Virus record (IMG/VR): IMGVR_UViG_3300027798_000073
Coordinates: 1 to 45,155 of that record
Source of the DNA: a virus
Lineage: Duplodnaviria > Caudoviricetes
DNA: 45,155 nucleotides
Reading direction: 5' to 3' (one strand)
Shown here in pieces: positions 1 through 8,598 of this stretch. The number at the start of each line of letters is the position of its first letter. The first letter of the stretch is position 1. The translations under genes and the position numbers were made by a program. Below the pieces are notes generated by a model. The model had not been told where the DNA came from. It was given only the letters and a program-made list of their open reading frames with translations, and did no database searches.

Positions 1-573
1 ATCACCTTCAGTTTCATTCCCATCTGAGTCAGAGCCTTCCCCTTCCTCGGCTTCGTCTAGATGCTGGTCTATCAATTGTTTGGCCAAGCTACTAATGTTT
101 ATCTTTTTTGCCTTCTTGTACAGGTCGTCATAGACAGCTTCACCACTCCAGTTCAAATACTTTTGTGAATACAGAGCAGTAGGAATCATTTCGCCAAGTT
201 TGGCCTCGACTAAATCGCCGTTGACGCAATAGTCAACAGCAATATTCCACAGTAGAGGGTCTCTCTTATCACGTCGTCCCATGTGATCATATGCCACGTG
301 GAGCACCTCGTGACCAAACAAGAACTCAACTTGCTTGAGAGGCATGTTATTGACAAATTCGCTGTTGTAGTAAAACCGGCGTCCGTCGGTGGCAGCAGTA
401 GAACACCACTCGTCTGCGTTAATCAACTGCATGCGAGTGGCCAGGTTGCCAAAGAACGGAGCCTTGAGCAAGAGTGCAATACGGGCAGTGATAAGTTTTT
501 CGATTGCCGCCGCATTTACTTTTGGATTTGTGACAGTGTTAACTTTAACATTGTCTGCTACAGTAGATGACAT
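1..573 (-). CDS. DUF2201-type metallopeptidase-like protein (N-terminal part; usual vWA-containing partner of MoxR ATPases), runs off the window edge
   Basis: Not in the ORF track. Manual translation gives MSSTVADNVKV...APFFGNLATRM...TAATDGRRFYYN...FLFGHEVLHVAYDH...WNIAVDYCVN, with HExxH and TAATDG motifs. AAGGAG RBS before ATG at 573; adjacent to a MoxR ATPase. Confidence 0.8.
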   Translation of the reverse strand, partial: MSSTVADNVKVNTVTNPKVNAAAIEKLITARIALLLKAPFFGNLATRMQLINADEWCSTAATDGRRFYYNSEFVNNMPLKQVEFLFGHEVLHVAYDHMGRRDKRDPLLWNIAVDYCVNGDLVEAKLGEMIPTALYSQKYLNWSGEAVYDDLYKKAKKINISSLAKQLIDQHLDEAEEGEGSDSDGNETEGD

Positions 574-598
574 TTGAGCTCCTTTTGTTTATATAAAC

Positions 599-627
599 AT
601 TGTAAGATAGGATGGACTTGTTGTCAA
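599..627 (-). promoter_or_regulatory. sigma70-type promoter overlapping an inverted repeat (610-635)
   Basis: Minus strand TTGACA-17 nt-TACAAT. The GGATGGGCTTG-ACAA-CAAGTCCATCC hairpin spans the -35. Confidence 0.75.
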
Positions 628-644
628 GCCCATCCTGTTAGCTC

Positions 645-1763
645 TTATCTGCTGTCTTTGGCACTTGCGGCCAAAATGTACTTGCCAAAACGCTTGTGGA
701 ACTCATCAAAGTTCTTGAGCTTGGTTGGTACCAGGGGCAGGTTGAATGTGGTAAGTGCAGTACGAGCACCCATAACAACCAACTCTGTGTTAAAGTTCTC
801 CATCATAAACTTCAGGAAGTTATCTGCCATTGGGTTCCAGTCTTCTGGCTTCGCCTTGTTCTTGAAGTGGTCCTGGAGTTCATAGCACAGGCTCACTGCC
901 AAGGAGTACTGAGCACTCACTTCTTTTGTGTCCAGTGTAGTAACCTTGCCACTCAGGATATCCGCCGCTTTAGGCATCTTGCCTGCAATCTTGCGGTGAG
1001 CCATGAACTTGATAGCGATACCTTCACCCACAGTACCTGCAATCAGGTCAGTGAGCTCTTGATCAGTGCCATCGTGATCTTCCAAGAACTGCGATACGAA
1101 ACTCCATGAACGTGGAGTAGCAAATGCACGTGAGCTTGAACGAGAATCAAATTCAAACAGGTCTTGTTTAGCAAAGCCAACATAACCAATGACCTCAGCA
1201 TGGACTCCGTTCAAGGTAGCCCAGTTTTCCCAGCTGGTATGATCCACGCGAAGTTCCAAGTGAACAAAACGGTTTGCCAAGGGCATGGGCATGCGATATG
1301 TAACACCCTTGTCGCTTTCGCGATTACCTGCGGCAACCATTACTACGTTTTTGGGCAAACGATACTTGCCGATACGACGATTCAAAACCAACTGATACGC
1401 CGCGGCCTGCACACTTGGCGCCGCACTGTTCATTTCGTCTAGGAACAGTACAACGATAGGATATTGTGCGGCGGTTTCCTCATCAGGCAAGTCAATTGGG
1501 GGAGCCCAATCCATCACGCCTTTGTCCTTGTTAAAAAATGGGATGCCGCGAAGATCCGTCGGCTCCATCTGCGACAGGCGCAGGTCAATCATTAGTCCAC
1601 CGAGTTCGTCGGTGATGCCCTCAACAAGTTCGGATTTGCCGATACCTGGAGGACCCCAGAGGAACAGTGGGCGTTGCTTTTTAAAGCAGGTTAGAATACC
1701 TTTGCGAGCACCGGTTGCTGTTACTGTACGGGTCTCTGTTACGGAAGCGGAAGTCTTAGCCAT
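645..1763 (-). CDS. MoxR-like AAA+ ATPase
   Basis: Walker A GPPGIGKS, Walker B LFLDEMN, AAGNR sensor, LANRF, TPRSW. Confidence 0.9.
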   Translation of the reverse strand: MAKTSASVTETRTVTATGARKGILTCFKKQRPLFLWGPPGIGKSELVEGITDELGGLMIDLRLSQMEPTDLRGIPFFNKDKGVMDWAPPIDLPDEETAAQYPIVVLFLDEMNSAAPSVQAAAYQLVLNRRIGKYRLPKNVVMVAAGNRESDKGVTYRMPMPLANRFVHLELRVDHTSWENWATLNGVHAEVIGYVGFAKQDLFEFDSRSSSRAFATPRSWSFVSQFLEDHDGTDQELTDLIAGTVGEGIAIKFMAHRKIAGKMPKAADILSGKVTTLDTKEVSAQYSLAVSLCYELQDHFKNKAKPEDWNPMADNFLKFMMENFNTELVVMGARTALTTFNLPLVPTKLKNFDEFHKRFGKYILAASAKDSR

Positions 1764-1796
1764 AAATTACTCCTGAAAATTAACTATTGAAACTCT

Positions 1797-1825
1797 ATTG
1801 TATTGCACAACTGCTTTTGTGTCAA
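1797..1825 (-). promoter_or_regulatory. sigma70-type promoter
   Basis: TTGACA-17 nt-TACAAT upstream of AGGAG RBS. Confidence 0.8.
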
Positions 1826-2064
1826 GCAGGATCTGCATCTTTTTCCTGAACACCAAAGGTGTCAAGGCATCCAAGTACGAATGGTAGCGGCAGTTCAAGA
1901 ATCTTTGCAATGCTACGAGCACCGTGGCCATCAATGAACAGTTCTTGGATCTCGTAGGAGCGGGCATCAATCACTTCATCGAGGAAGTTCTCGTTCTGTG
2001 GAAATGCCGCGTCCCATTCGTCGGGATCGATTATGTCCATTACCATTTCTTTCATTCTACCCAT
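1822..2064 (-). CDS. small hypothetical protein, possible HTH
   Basis: GGAG RBS; IQELFIDGHGARSIAKILELPLPFV resembles an HTH. Confidence 0.6.
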   Translation of the reverse strand: MGRMKEMVMDIIDPDEWDAAFPQNENFLDEVIDARSYEIQELFIDGHGARSIAKILELPLPFVLGCLDTFGVQEKDADPA

Positions 2065-2147
2065 TTTACAACTCCTTCAACGATTACACAGGCCAACATT
2101 AGCCAGATAGGGATCAGCACGATAGCCAAATTTATTAATGCCTGCAT
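2052..2147 (-). CDS. 31 aa membrane peptide
   Basis: Manual translation MQALINLAIVLIPIWLMLACVIVEGVVKWVE; fills the gap between neighbours with TAAATG coupling. Confidence 0.55.
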   Translation of the reverse strand: MQALINLAIVLIPIWLMLACVIVEGVVKWVE

Positions 2148-2333
2148 TTATGCTACCTTTTCAGTTGCGATATCCAACAGTTCTTCCCAGGCTTCTTCTA
2201 TAGTGTCAAAGCCACACACATCATAGGATCCATCGTAGAGTCGGACATAGAAGGATCCGTTGCCCGGACTGGCTTCTGTGTCCAAGCCTGCTTCACCCAC
2301 GTGGGGGATAACTCGCATTGTCTGGTCAGTCAT
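2148..2333 (-). CDS. small hypothetical protein
   Basis: Likely start MTDQTM at 2333, coupled to upstream stop; similar to a module at 45058-45155. Confidence 0.65.
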   Translation of the reverse strand: MTDQTMRVIPHVGEAGLDTEASPGNGSFYVRLYDGSYDVCGFDTIEEAWEELLDIATEKVA

Positions 2334-2707
2334 TATGCCACCTTGCGAAAATAATGATAGGGCAGGCCCAGGTCCCAGCACAGGTATTCCCAGTCACCAT
2401 TGGCAGTGCTGGCATCCATGATCCAGCGCAGGGCAGTTTCGCGATCGCGAGCACCCATGCACATGGTGTTGACTACATGCTGTTCAAACTTAGCCACGGC
2501 TTCGGCTTCAGCCTCTTTGCGAGCAATGTCTTCTTGCACCATGATTTCGCCAAGTAACTTGAACTCAGCGTCGAAGTCCGCAAGGGACCAACCAGAAGTG
2601 TCGACACCGCGGGGACGAACGCCATATGCATCCTTGTACATATCCCAATAGGTACATTGGGCTTGCTCAAGATCGCTCATCTCTTCCCAGCTTTTGAACT
2701 CTTCCAT
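2333..2707 (-). CDS. hypothetical phage protein
   Basis: AAGGAG RBS before ATG at 2707 (MEEFKSW...YWDMYKDAYGVRPR). Confidence 0.75.
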   Translation of the reverse strand: MEEFKSWEEMSDLEQAQCTYWDMYKDAYGVRPRGVDTSGWSLADFDAEFKLLGEIMVQEDIARKEAEAEAVAKFEQHVVNTMCMGARDRETALRWIMDASTANGDWEYLCWDLGLPYHYFRKVA

Positions 2708-2737
2708 TGTGAACTCCTTTTTACTTACTAAGCCACT

Positions 2738-2766
2738 ATTATACAAGAAATGGGTAAAACGGTCAA
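2738..2766 (-). promoter_or_regulatory. sigma70-type early promoter
   Basis: TTGACC-17 nt-TATAAT; the -35 lies in the palindrome GTAAAACGG-TTGA-CCGTTTTAC (2754-2775). Confidence 0.8.
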
Positions 2767-2771
2767 CCGTT

Positions 2772-3050
2772 TTACATGCTCCAGTAGGTTTCGGAAGCAG
2801 GGTTGCAACACCACGGAGTGTCAGCATCAATCACCACATCCTTGCCCGTCATCAAGTTCTTAACAGTGACCTTGGGCGACTTGTAGGTGTCACGAGCAAC
2901 AATGTTCAGTTCGTTTTCGCTCCAACCTGCTTTGTTGCACAAACGAGTGCGGGTAGCACGAGCGGCACCAAAGGTCTTGTATGCACGGCTCTTGTTAGGA
3001 CCGTCTGTAACGATAAGACCAGTACCTTTTGCAACAATTACATAACTCAT
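2772..3050 (-). CDS. hypothetical phage protein
   Basis: AAGGAG RBS before ATG at 3050; C-terminal TPWCCNPASETYWSM. Confidence 0.75.
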   Translation of the reverse strand: MSYVIVAKGTGLIVTDGPNKSRAYKTFGAARATRTRLCNKAGWSENELNIVARDTYKSPKVTVKNLMTGKDVVIDADTPWCCNPASETYWSM

Positions 3051-3081
3051 TTTCGGCTCCTTATTACTTAATATACTTCGT

Positions 3082-3110
3082 ATTATAGGTGAAATGGACT
3101 TTTGGGTCAA
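3082..3110 (-). promoter_or_regulatory. sigma70-type early promoter
   Basis: TTGACC-17 nt-TATAAT. Confidence 0.8.
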
Positions 3111-3122
3111 CCGTTTTTAGAC

Positions 3123-3152
3123 AAAAAAGCCCTGTTTTTGAGGGCTTTTTTT
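3123..3152. terminator. bidirectional intrinsic terminator
   Basis: A6-GCCCT-loop-AGGGC-T7. Confidence 0.8.
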
Positions 3153-3159
3153 GTTGTTT

Positions 3160-3441
3160 TTACGCAACATTTTTGTCCAAAAACTTGAATACTCTACGTT
3201 GCGTTTTTACAACAACAGCATCGCTGTTATTTTGGACCCTAAATTGCTCAATTTTTGCTTGCAATAGCTCGCGGGTTGTATCTTGCAAAGAGAGCTCTTT
3301 GTAATACATGGCTTTGTTTGAGCCACAGCCCTCAAAATTGTCCGCAACAATGCGTATGGCTACGGGCTCATATGAGTAAGGTGTTATTTTAACACTTACG
3401 TTTACATACAAGATATTGCTTGCTTTTGTATTAAACTGCAT
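3160..3441 (-). CDS. hypothetical protein
   Basis: AAGGAG RBS before ATG at 3441 (MQFNTK). Confidence 0.7.
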   Translation of the reverse strand: MQFNTKASNILYVNVSVKITPYSYEPVAIRIVADNFEGCGSNKAMYYKELSLQDTTRELLQAKIEQFRVQNNSDAVVVKTQRRVFKFLDKNVA

Positions 3442-3471
3442 GTTGAGCTCCTTTTTTGTTTGTAAGCCCAC

Positions 3472-3500
3472 AGTATAGCAAAACGGGTCATTTGCGTCAA
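3472..3500 (-). promoter_or_regulatory. sigma70-type early promoter
   Basis: TTGACG-17 nt-TATACT with extended -10 TG. Confidence 0.75.
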
Positions 3501-3503
3501 CCC

Positions 3504-3534
3504 AAAAAAAAGCCCTACAATATGTAGGGCTTTT
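3504..3534 (-). terminator. intrinsic terminator
   Basis: AGCCCTACA-ATA-TGTAGGGCT stem followed by a T8 tract on the minus strand. Confidence 0.85.
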
Positions 3535-3543
3535 ATAGTACAG

Positions 3544-3966
3544 TTAAAAATCTAATAGGATTTTACCGTTGATGATGTTCAGAGCACACTGCAAGCGATC
3601 TCGCTTGAGCCAGTGCATGCGACCCAGTTGGTAAACCTCGGTCCTGAACACCTTGCGTACCTTGGTCTTGTTGCTGACCACAGTCATCCGTCCCCAGCTG
3701 GCGTCTTGGAATGTGTAGCGACCATCAGGAGTGAGATAGCTCCACTTGTTGCTCATCTCTGTGTCACCACCCACAGGATCAAACTTGATGGTTTCTGCAA
3801 GTGTGCGATTGCTCTTGGCCTCCTCGGTTTTCTGGGCACGGTCAATGTGTCCACCCAGGCTCACTAGGTCGCGACCACTCAAGCCCATCATTTGGCTCCA
3901 GGCAATCAACTGTTCCAGCTGATCGTGCTTGTCTTTGTCAAACCTTTTTAGTCTAGTCAGGTCCAT
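3544..3966 (-). CDS. hypothetical protein
   Basis: GAGG RBS before ATG at 3966 (MDLTRL). Confidence 0.7.
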   Translation of the reverse strand: MDLTRLKRFDKDKHDQLEQLIAWSQMMGLSGRDLVSLGGHIDRAQKTEEAKSNRTLAETIKFDPVGGDTEMSNKWSYLTPDGRYTFQDASWGRMTVVSNKTKVRKVFRTEVYQLGRMHWLKRDRLQCALNIINGKILLDF

Positions 3967-3967
3967 A

Positions 3968-4390
3968 CTACACCTCTTGAAATAATTCCGAAAACATTTT
4001 GTTCTTGTATACATAGCGATTTTGATAATCGCCAAACAGTTTGGTTTTTTGTTTGTGGCAAGTGGCACACAACACCCTGAGATTATCTTGATCACTATTA
4101 TCACGATCGCCGTCCCAGTGATCAATTTCTAGCAAGGATGCATCGATGTTGGGTGCCGCACAGGAGAATCCAAGATCCAGCGCACCGTCTCGGTTCTCAC
4201 ATCCACCACGACTTTGCTTGAATATAACAACTGCTTCCTTGCCCACAGTCCTGTGATGCTCACAGAAGGTTTTCCAATCATAACCCCTTGTGCCGTCAAG
4301 TTTTGGGTATCTATGGTGATAGCTGACCTGGTGGTTGCAGTCAGGTAACCCGCACTGAGGTGCATATAGTTTATAGGCGGCTGTTTTCAT
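3968..4390 (-). CDS. HNH endonuclease with Cys/His zinc motifs
   Basis: EIDHWDGDRDNSDQDNLRVLCATCH; N-terminal CxxxxC...CxxH. Confidence 0.85.
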   Translation of the reverse strand: MKTAAYKLYAPQCGLPDCNHQVSYHHRYPKLDGTRGYDWKTFCEHHRTVGKEAVVIFKQSRGGCENRDGALDLGFSCAAPNIDASLLEIDHWDGDRDNSDQDNLRVLCATCHKQKTKLFGDYQNRYVYKNKMFSELFQEV

Positions 4391-4974
4391 GATTGTTCCT
4401 TAATATCAAATAGTTTCCAATGATCATCAAGTGTCCAGTTTGCTAAATCATCAATGGTCTTGCCATTGTATGCTTCAAACTCTGGTGCTATACCCTTCTT
4501 GCTCATGCCTGTTACATATCTACGGAATGGGTAGTAGGGTGTATTGTTACTGTCATGCAGGCCTTGTTCGTTTAGCAGTTTATTGTTCTTGCGGCTCACA
4601 CGGCATGTAGGAACATTCAGTGCTTGATTGATAGTTAATTTGCTGTCTATTAACATATCACGAACTTGTCCTGCGGGAATCACATGCTCGAAGATGCAGT
4701 CAGCTGACGCCATGCTCGCACCTTTTTGCTTGTAGTGACTCTTGATGCTGCCTTGGATAGCATACTTGTGGTATCTACGCAAATGGTGATCAATGCTGTC
4801 ACGTACAAGGCGTGCCTGCATGTCTTCGTCGAACACTTCATTGCGATACATGTTGAGCAAACGTTCAAGTTCTTGTGTGGTAAACTCAAGAGCCTGTTGG
4901 TATGCTTTGGCATTACGCTTGACTGTTTTCTTTCGCTTGGGTTGCCAAGACTCAACTGTTTGTTGTGTGCTCAT
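4387..4974 (-). CDS. hypothetical protein with His-Me finger-like motif
   Basis: FEHVIP...N motif reminiscent of HNH/DUF1524 domains. Confidence 0.6.
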   Translation of the reverse strand: MSTQQTVESWQPKRKKTVKRNAKAYQQALEFTTQELERLLNMYRNEVFDEDMQARLVRDSIDHHLRRYHKYAIQGSIKSHYKQKGASMASADCIFEHVIPAGQVRDMLIDSKLTINQALNVPTCRVSRKNNKLLNEQGLHDSNNTPYYPFRRYVTGMSKKGIAPEFEAYNGKTIDDLANWTLDDHWKLFDIKEQS

Positions 4975-4975
4975 T

Positions 4976-6226
4976 TTAGTACAAGTCCTTTTGATCAGGA
5001 ATGAAAGGTGTGCTATTGCTCAGTGTTGGCAATGGATACTGATTCCAGCTCTTGTTGAGTTGTGCCCAAAGGAATGTTCCGCCTGTGTTCCAGTTCTTGC
5101 TCATGCGTGAACTTGGTCGAGTATTTGCCGGGAATGAACTATAGTAGTTGGCATGCCAGTTCTTGTATGCATGATGCACATCAGTCCAAAACGAGCTTGC
5201 TTCGTTGCCCCAGTCACTACCAAACGTTGTTAGCACGTAGTCTGCTAATTCCATAACCTGCTCGTCAGTGTAGTCAATGCCTGCGTTCTTGGCCATGTCA
5301 AACCATGCACACATGATCTCGATCTCCTGCGAATCAATGGCACGTGGTGTTGTAATTGCAGTGGTGTACAAACAGAACTTGCGGATCACATCGCTGGTGT
5401 ACTTGTCCATCTCTGCCATACGACTGATAGCACCTGGTTGATGTGTGTTGCCAAATTTGTCGTGGGTTACAAACAGATCTGCTTGCTCAAGATACTGTTG
5501 CTTGAGGTCTGCCTCAACCCATTTAGTATCTGTGCTTCCATCCACACGCACACCAAGTACCATTTGCATAAACAAGTCAATGGACTCCAGCAAGTGCTTG
5601 CCTGCTTTGCTGTTGCCGTTGACAAAGTTCATGCGGATGTCTGCACGGTTCTTTACCAGGTAGACATTGCTGGGCACCTTTACATCTTTTGGATCTTCTT
5701 TGGTAATCATTGTAGCAATGATCCAATACACCATTGCAGTGTGTTGTGCATCCCAGCTGGCAAATAGTTTGGTACCCACAGGGTACTGTTTAGCAAGATC
5801 ACCACCATCTATCACTTCGTAGAGTTTGATAGGATCTGCTTGCACTTCGCGGAAATTTTTAAGTATCTCAACTACCCAGCCAAGATCAAGCAGGCGTTGG
5901 ATAGTGATGTCAATAAAGATATCACTCATTGGTGTTAGTCCTGCCTGTACTAACTGTAGGTCTGAGAACTTTTTCACGTGAGGATATTTCTTAGCAAAGT
6001 CTTTGCATGCGCCTACAAGTTGGGCTCGGATGCCAGACTGCTTTAGTGCTGGAAGGTTTGAGATCGTGTCGTTGAACCGTTTGTTTAGATCAACGTAGAT
6101 TGAACCGGTTTGTTGGTAGCGAGCATTTTGTTGTGCGGCATAGGTTGCTGCCATTGTTACTACTCGCTTGACTGCTTTTTTAGTGCCCACTGTTTTAAAC
6201 ATGGATGTGGCTACTGCTGTTGTCAT
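4976..6226 (-). CDS. ParB/Srx-like domain protein
   Basis: GGAG RBS before ATG at 6226; IDITIQRLLD and WDAQHT match the QR...DGQHR/T motifs of ParB-like/DGQHR domains. Confidence 0.65.
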   Translation of the reverse strand: MTTAVATSMFKTVGTKKAVKRVVTMAATYAAQQNARYQQTGSIYVDLNKRFNDTISNLPALKQSGIRAQLVGACKDFAKKYPHVKKFSDLQLVQAGLTPMSDIFIDITIQRLLDLGWVVEILKNFREVQADPIKLYEVIDGGDLAKQYPVGTKLFASWDAQHTAMVYWIIATMITKEDPKDVKVPSNVYLVKNRADIRMNFVNGNSKAGKHLLESIDLFMQMVLGVRVDGSTDTKWVEADLKQQYLEQADLFVTHDKFGNTHQPGAISRMAEMDKYTSDVIRKFCLYTTAITTPRAIDSQEIEIMCAWFDMAKNAGIDYTDEQVMELADYVLTTFGSDWGNEASSFWTDVHHAYKNWHANYYSSFPANTRPSSRMSKNWNTGGTFLWAQLNKSWNQYPLPTLSNSTPFIPDQKDLY

Positions 6227-6300
6227 TGATTTCTCCAAATTGTGATTGCACCTAGTTTTAGGTCTAGGCAAAATTTTGTAGCACCATCGCTACAGGAGTC

Positions 6301-6329
6301 AGTATACAACAAAAAAAGGAATCTGCCAA
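6301..6329 (-). promoter_or_regulatory. sigma70-type promoter overlapping a terminator-like hairpin
   Basis: TTGGCA-17 nt-TATACT inside an AAAAGGAAT...ATTCCTTTT inverted repeat. Confidence 0.55.
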
Positions 6330-6364
6330 ATAAAATGGACAAATTCCTTTTCTAGTACTAGAGT

Positions 6365-6520
6365 TTATCGAGTCTGATGGCGGTATTCGCGCTTGAGCCA
6401 GTATTTGTAGCGGTTCCAATACTCTTGTAGGCTATAGGGCAGTTGGCCAAACTCTTCATGCTCACGGCAGTTCTCTCGCCACACATTGTCTAACCATCTA
6501 CGAAATTGGGACTCTTTCAT
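6365..6520 (-). CDS. 51 aa hypothetical protein
   Basis: Manual translation MKESQFRRWLDNVWRENCREHEEFGQLPYSLQEYWNRYKYWLKREYRHQTR; AGGAG RBS. Confidence 0.7.
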   Translation of the reverse strand: MKESQFRRWLDNVWRENCREHEEFGQLPYSLQEYWNRYKYWLKREYRHQTR

Positions 6521-6528
6521 AACATCTC

Positions 6529-7020
6529 CTATACAATAAAGGCAGCTAACATATCAATTGATTTTTTATGTTGTTCAAGTTCTTCTGGTGTGAGTGGCAC
6601 CGCCTTTTGTCCGTGCTTGGGTGCATAACCTTCTTCTGGCAGTTGTTCGGTCAATGTAAGCAACATACGATAGTGTTCCCATGCCTGTCGAACAGCAACA
6701 GAATCGGCACCAGACGCCGCAGTCGGCGACAGATCCATCCACAAGTAATCACGTGGCACACTCACACCAGCACCAATGTTGTTGGCACGTGGTTCTAGGA
6801 TGCGACCTGAGTTGAACAATTCTAATCCCACACGTTCACATTCTGTTTGATCCAGACCCTGTAGGTAGCCACGACGGGTTAGGTATTCTGCTATTACTCC
6901 TCGCACATGATCTTCTGTTTCCATGCGAGTACGTGCAATGATAACCAGCACGTCTTCTAGTGCAACTTCACTGCGTACGATACTACCAAGGCAACGACCA
7001 AAACTAAATCCAATTTTCAT
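6529..7020 (-). CDS. hypothetical phage protein
   Basis: GGAG RBS; ATGA overlap with upstream gene. Confidence 0.75.
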   Translation of the reverse strand: MKIGFSFGRCLGSIVRSEVALEDVLVIIARTRMETEDHVRGVIAEYLTRRGYLQGLDQTECERVGLELFNSGRILEPRANNIGAGVSVPRDYLWMDLSPTAASGADSVAVRQAWEHYRMLLTLTEQLPEEGYAPKHGQKAVPLTPEELEQHKKSIDMLAAFIV

Positions 7021-7481
7021 AATATGCTCCTAAATGTACGCCAATCATCTATGTTTGGCTTTTCGTTGGCGTCATAAGTCCACCCGAGTGCTTTCATCAG
7101 GCGATGCTTTACACGCAGATTGGGACTGCGAAATCGTTCACAGTCTTGGAAACCCATCATTACTCCAATTTCAACCACAGCACCTGACCTACAGAGACCA
7201 GCGGTACAGTGTACTACCACGTTCATGTGATTGTCTAATGCATGTTGTAACAATCGAACCAGCTCTGCGGCCTGCTCATCGCTGATTTTTGCTTCTTCGG
7301 GGAAGCCGTCTTGATCTTCTGCATCTAGAAATTCAAATTCGTGTGTTTCTTTAAAACTGTATTTTGGCGTTGGTCTATATCCGCCTGCTGGATCAAAGAT
7401 TCTGATCAGTATGCTGTTAGCACCAGCGTCATGATGAAAGCCTGTTGAGATGTCTGTTGCGGCTGCATTTTCAATCCACAT
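7017..7481 (-). CDS. protein-tyrosine/dual-specificity phosphatase-like protein
   Basis: VVHCTAGLCRS (HCX5R). True start MWIENAA at 7481 with GAGG RBS; the longer ORF merely reads through a tRNA. Confidence 0.85.
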   Translation of the reverse strand: MWIENAAATDISTGFHHDAGANSILIRIFDPAGGYRPTPKYSFKETHEFEFLDAEDQDGFPEEAKISDEQAAELVRLLQHALDNHMNVVVHCTAGLCRSGAVVEIGVMMGFQDCERFRSPNLRVKHRLMKALGWTYDANEKPNIDDWRTFRSIL

Positions 7482-7497
7482 AAGTATCCTCTGTAGT

Positions 7498-7575
7498 TGG
7501 AGCAACGGGAGGGATTTGAACCCCCGATTTTCGGGATTTGCAATCCCGTGCATTGGGCCACTCTGCCACCGTTCC
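7498..7575 (-). tRNA. tRNA-Cys(GCA), copy with a G2:G71 acceptor mismatch
   Basis: Cloverleaf; anticodon arm CGGGA-TTGCAAA-TCCCG; U73; CCA. Confidence 0.85.
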
Positions 7576-7576
7576 A

Positions 7577-8494
7577 TTATTTGTAGTATCTTTCTAGTAG
7601 TTCTGAATGTACAGAACCACCAAACAGTCCTGGTGCTTTTAACAGTTCGTGTCCACTTGCATTCACTACAGACATTTGTCCATGTATGCCTGGGCCACTA
7701 AACTGTACCTTACAATCGCCGTTTACCAAACGATTGTTTCCTTTACCTTGTTGCATGTCGTGGATTCTTTTATCAAACCCTTCTTTACCCCAAGTTAAAA
7801 ACTCTTCATCATCTCTGAGGATGTAAACTGAATCTGTTTTATGGACAAACTCACAATGGAATTTGTCCAACGATGTACTAGGACTCGGCAACTTCCAGTC
7901 TACTAAGAAGCATGGAAGTTTTAGCATATGGGCAGAGTGCGCCATGCCGCCTTCGTAACTGATAATTGCCTTACAGTGTTTTGCCAGTAATTCAATTTTG
8001 TTTTCTAAATCGTGAGATGCATAGGACAGCATGTCTACAGTTATTACATCGTATCCTAAGCTCTTCACATACATGAAAACTTTAGCCCAATACTCCAGCG
8101 GCCTAGCTCTACACCATGGCCACTGATTGGGTTCTGCGGGATTAAGTTCGAAGCTTGCCGCAATGGCAATACATTTCTTTTCCTTATTGTCCCGTACTTT
8201 AATCATTTGTCTATTTACATAGATGTATTCTGGACGATAATAATCTGTGAAAAATTTTATGGGCCAACCTAGGTTGTTGAAGTTTCCGTTTTCTTCCGTG
8301 TAGTTGATGGTCAACAAATCATTTGGAATACGAAAAATCTTCTTGTATAAAGTCAAACTATCAAAAGTGTTATGGTCATTGTTCACATACAGGTTTACCT
8401 GCGGTGGAGCATTTGCTAATGCTGACAATAAACATAAGTTATCGCCTAACCCCACACAATTAGTATTGTTTAACTGTACGTCTATCTTTTCCAT
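7577..8494 (-). CDS. glycosyltransferase family 9-like protein
   Basis: GLGDNL at N-terminus, RPLEYW, IISYEGGMAHSA (GT9 DSG..H.A-like); AT-rich. Confidence 0.65.
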   Translation of the reverse strand: MEKIDVQLNNTNCVGLGDNLCLLSALANAPPQVNLYVNNDHNTFDSLTLYKKIFRIPNDLLTINYTEENGNFNNLGWPIKFFTDYYRPEYIYVNRQMIKVRDNKEKKCIAIAASFELNPAEPNQWPWCRARPLEYWAKVFMYVKSLGYDVITVDMLSYASHDLENKIELLAKHCKAIISYEGGMAHSAHMLKLPCFLVDWKLPSPSTSLDKFHCEFVHKTDSVYILRDDEEFLTWGKEGFDKRIHDMQQGKGNNRLVNGDCKVQFSGPGIHGQMSVVNASGHELLKAPGLFGGSVHSELLERYYK

Positions 8495-8516
8495 TTACAT
8501 AAGTATCCTCTATAGT

Positions 8517-8594
8517 TGGAGCAACGGGTGAGATTTGAACTCACGGTTTTCGGGATTTGCAATCCCGTGCATTGGGCCGCTCTGCCACCGTTGC
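8517..8594 (-). tRNA. tRNA-Cys(GCA)
   Basis: GCAACGG/CCGTTGC acceptor, GCA anticodon, CCA. Confidence 0.92.
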
Positions 8595-8598
8595 AAAT

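Larger units (their letters stand above)
7479..8594. repeat. ~97 bp direct repeat (7479-7575 and 8498-8594) comprising tRNA-Cys, spacer, RBS and ATG, flanking one gene
   Basis: CATAAGTATCCTCT(G/A)TAGTTGGAGCAACGG...CTCTGCCACCGTT(C/G)C occurs twice. Confidence 0.9.

Noticed and set aside
7482-7577. N-terminal extension of the phosphatase ORF (7017-7577 in the track)
   Set aside because: It reads through tRNA-Cys; the RBS and ATG at 7481 give the real start
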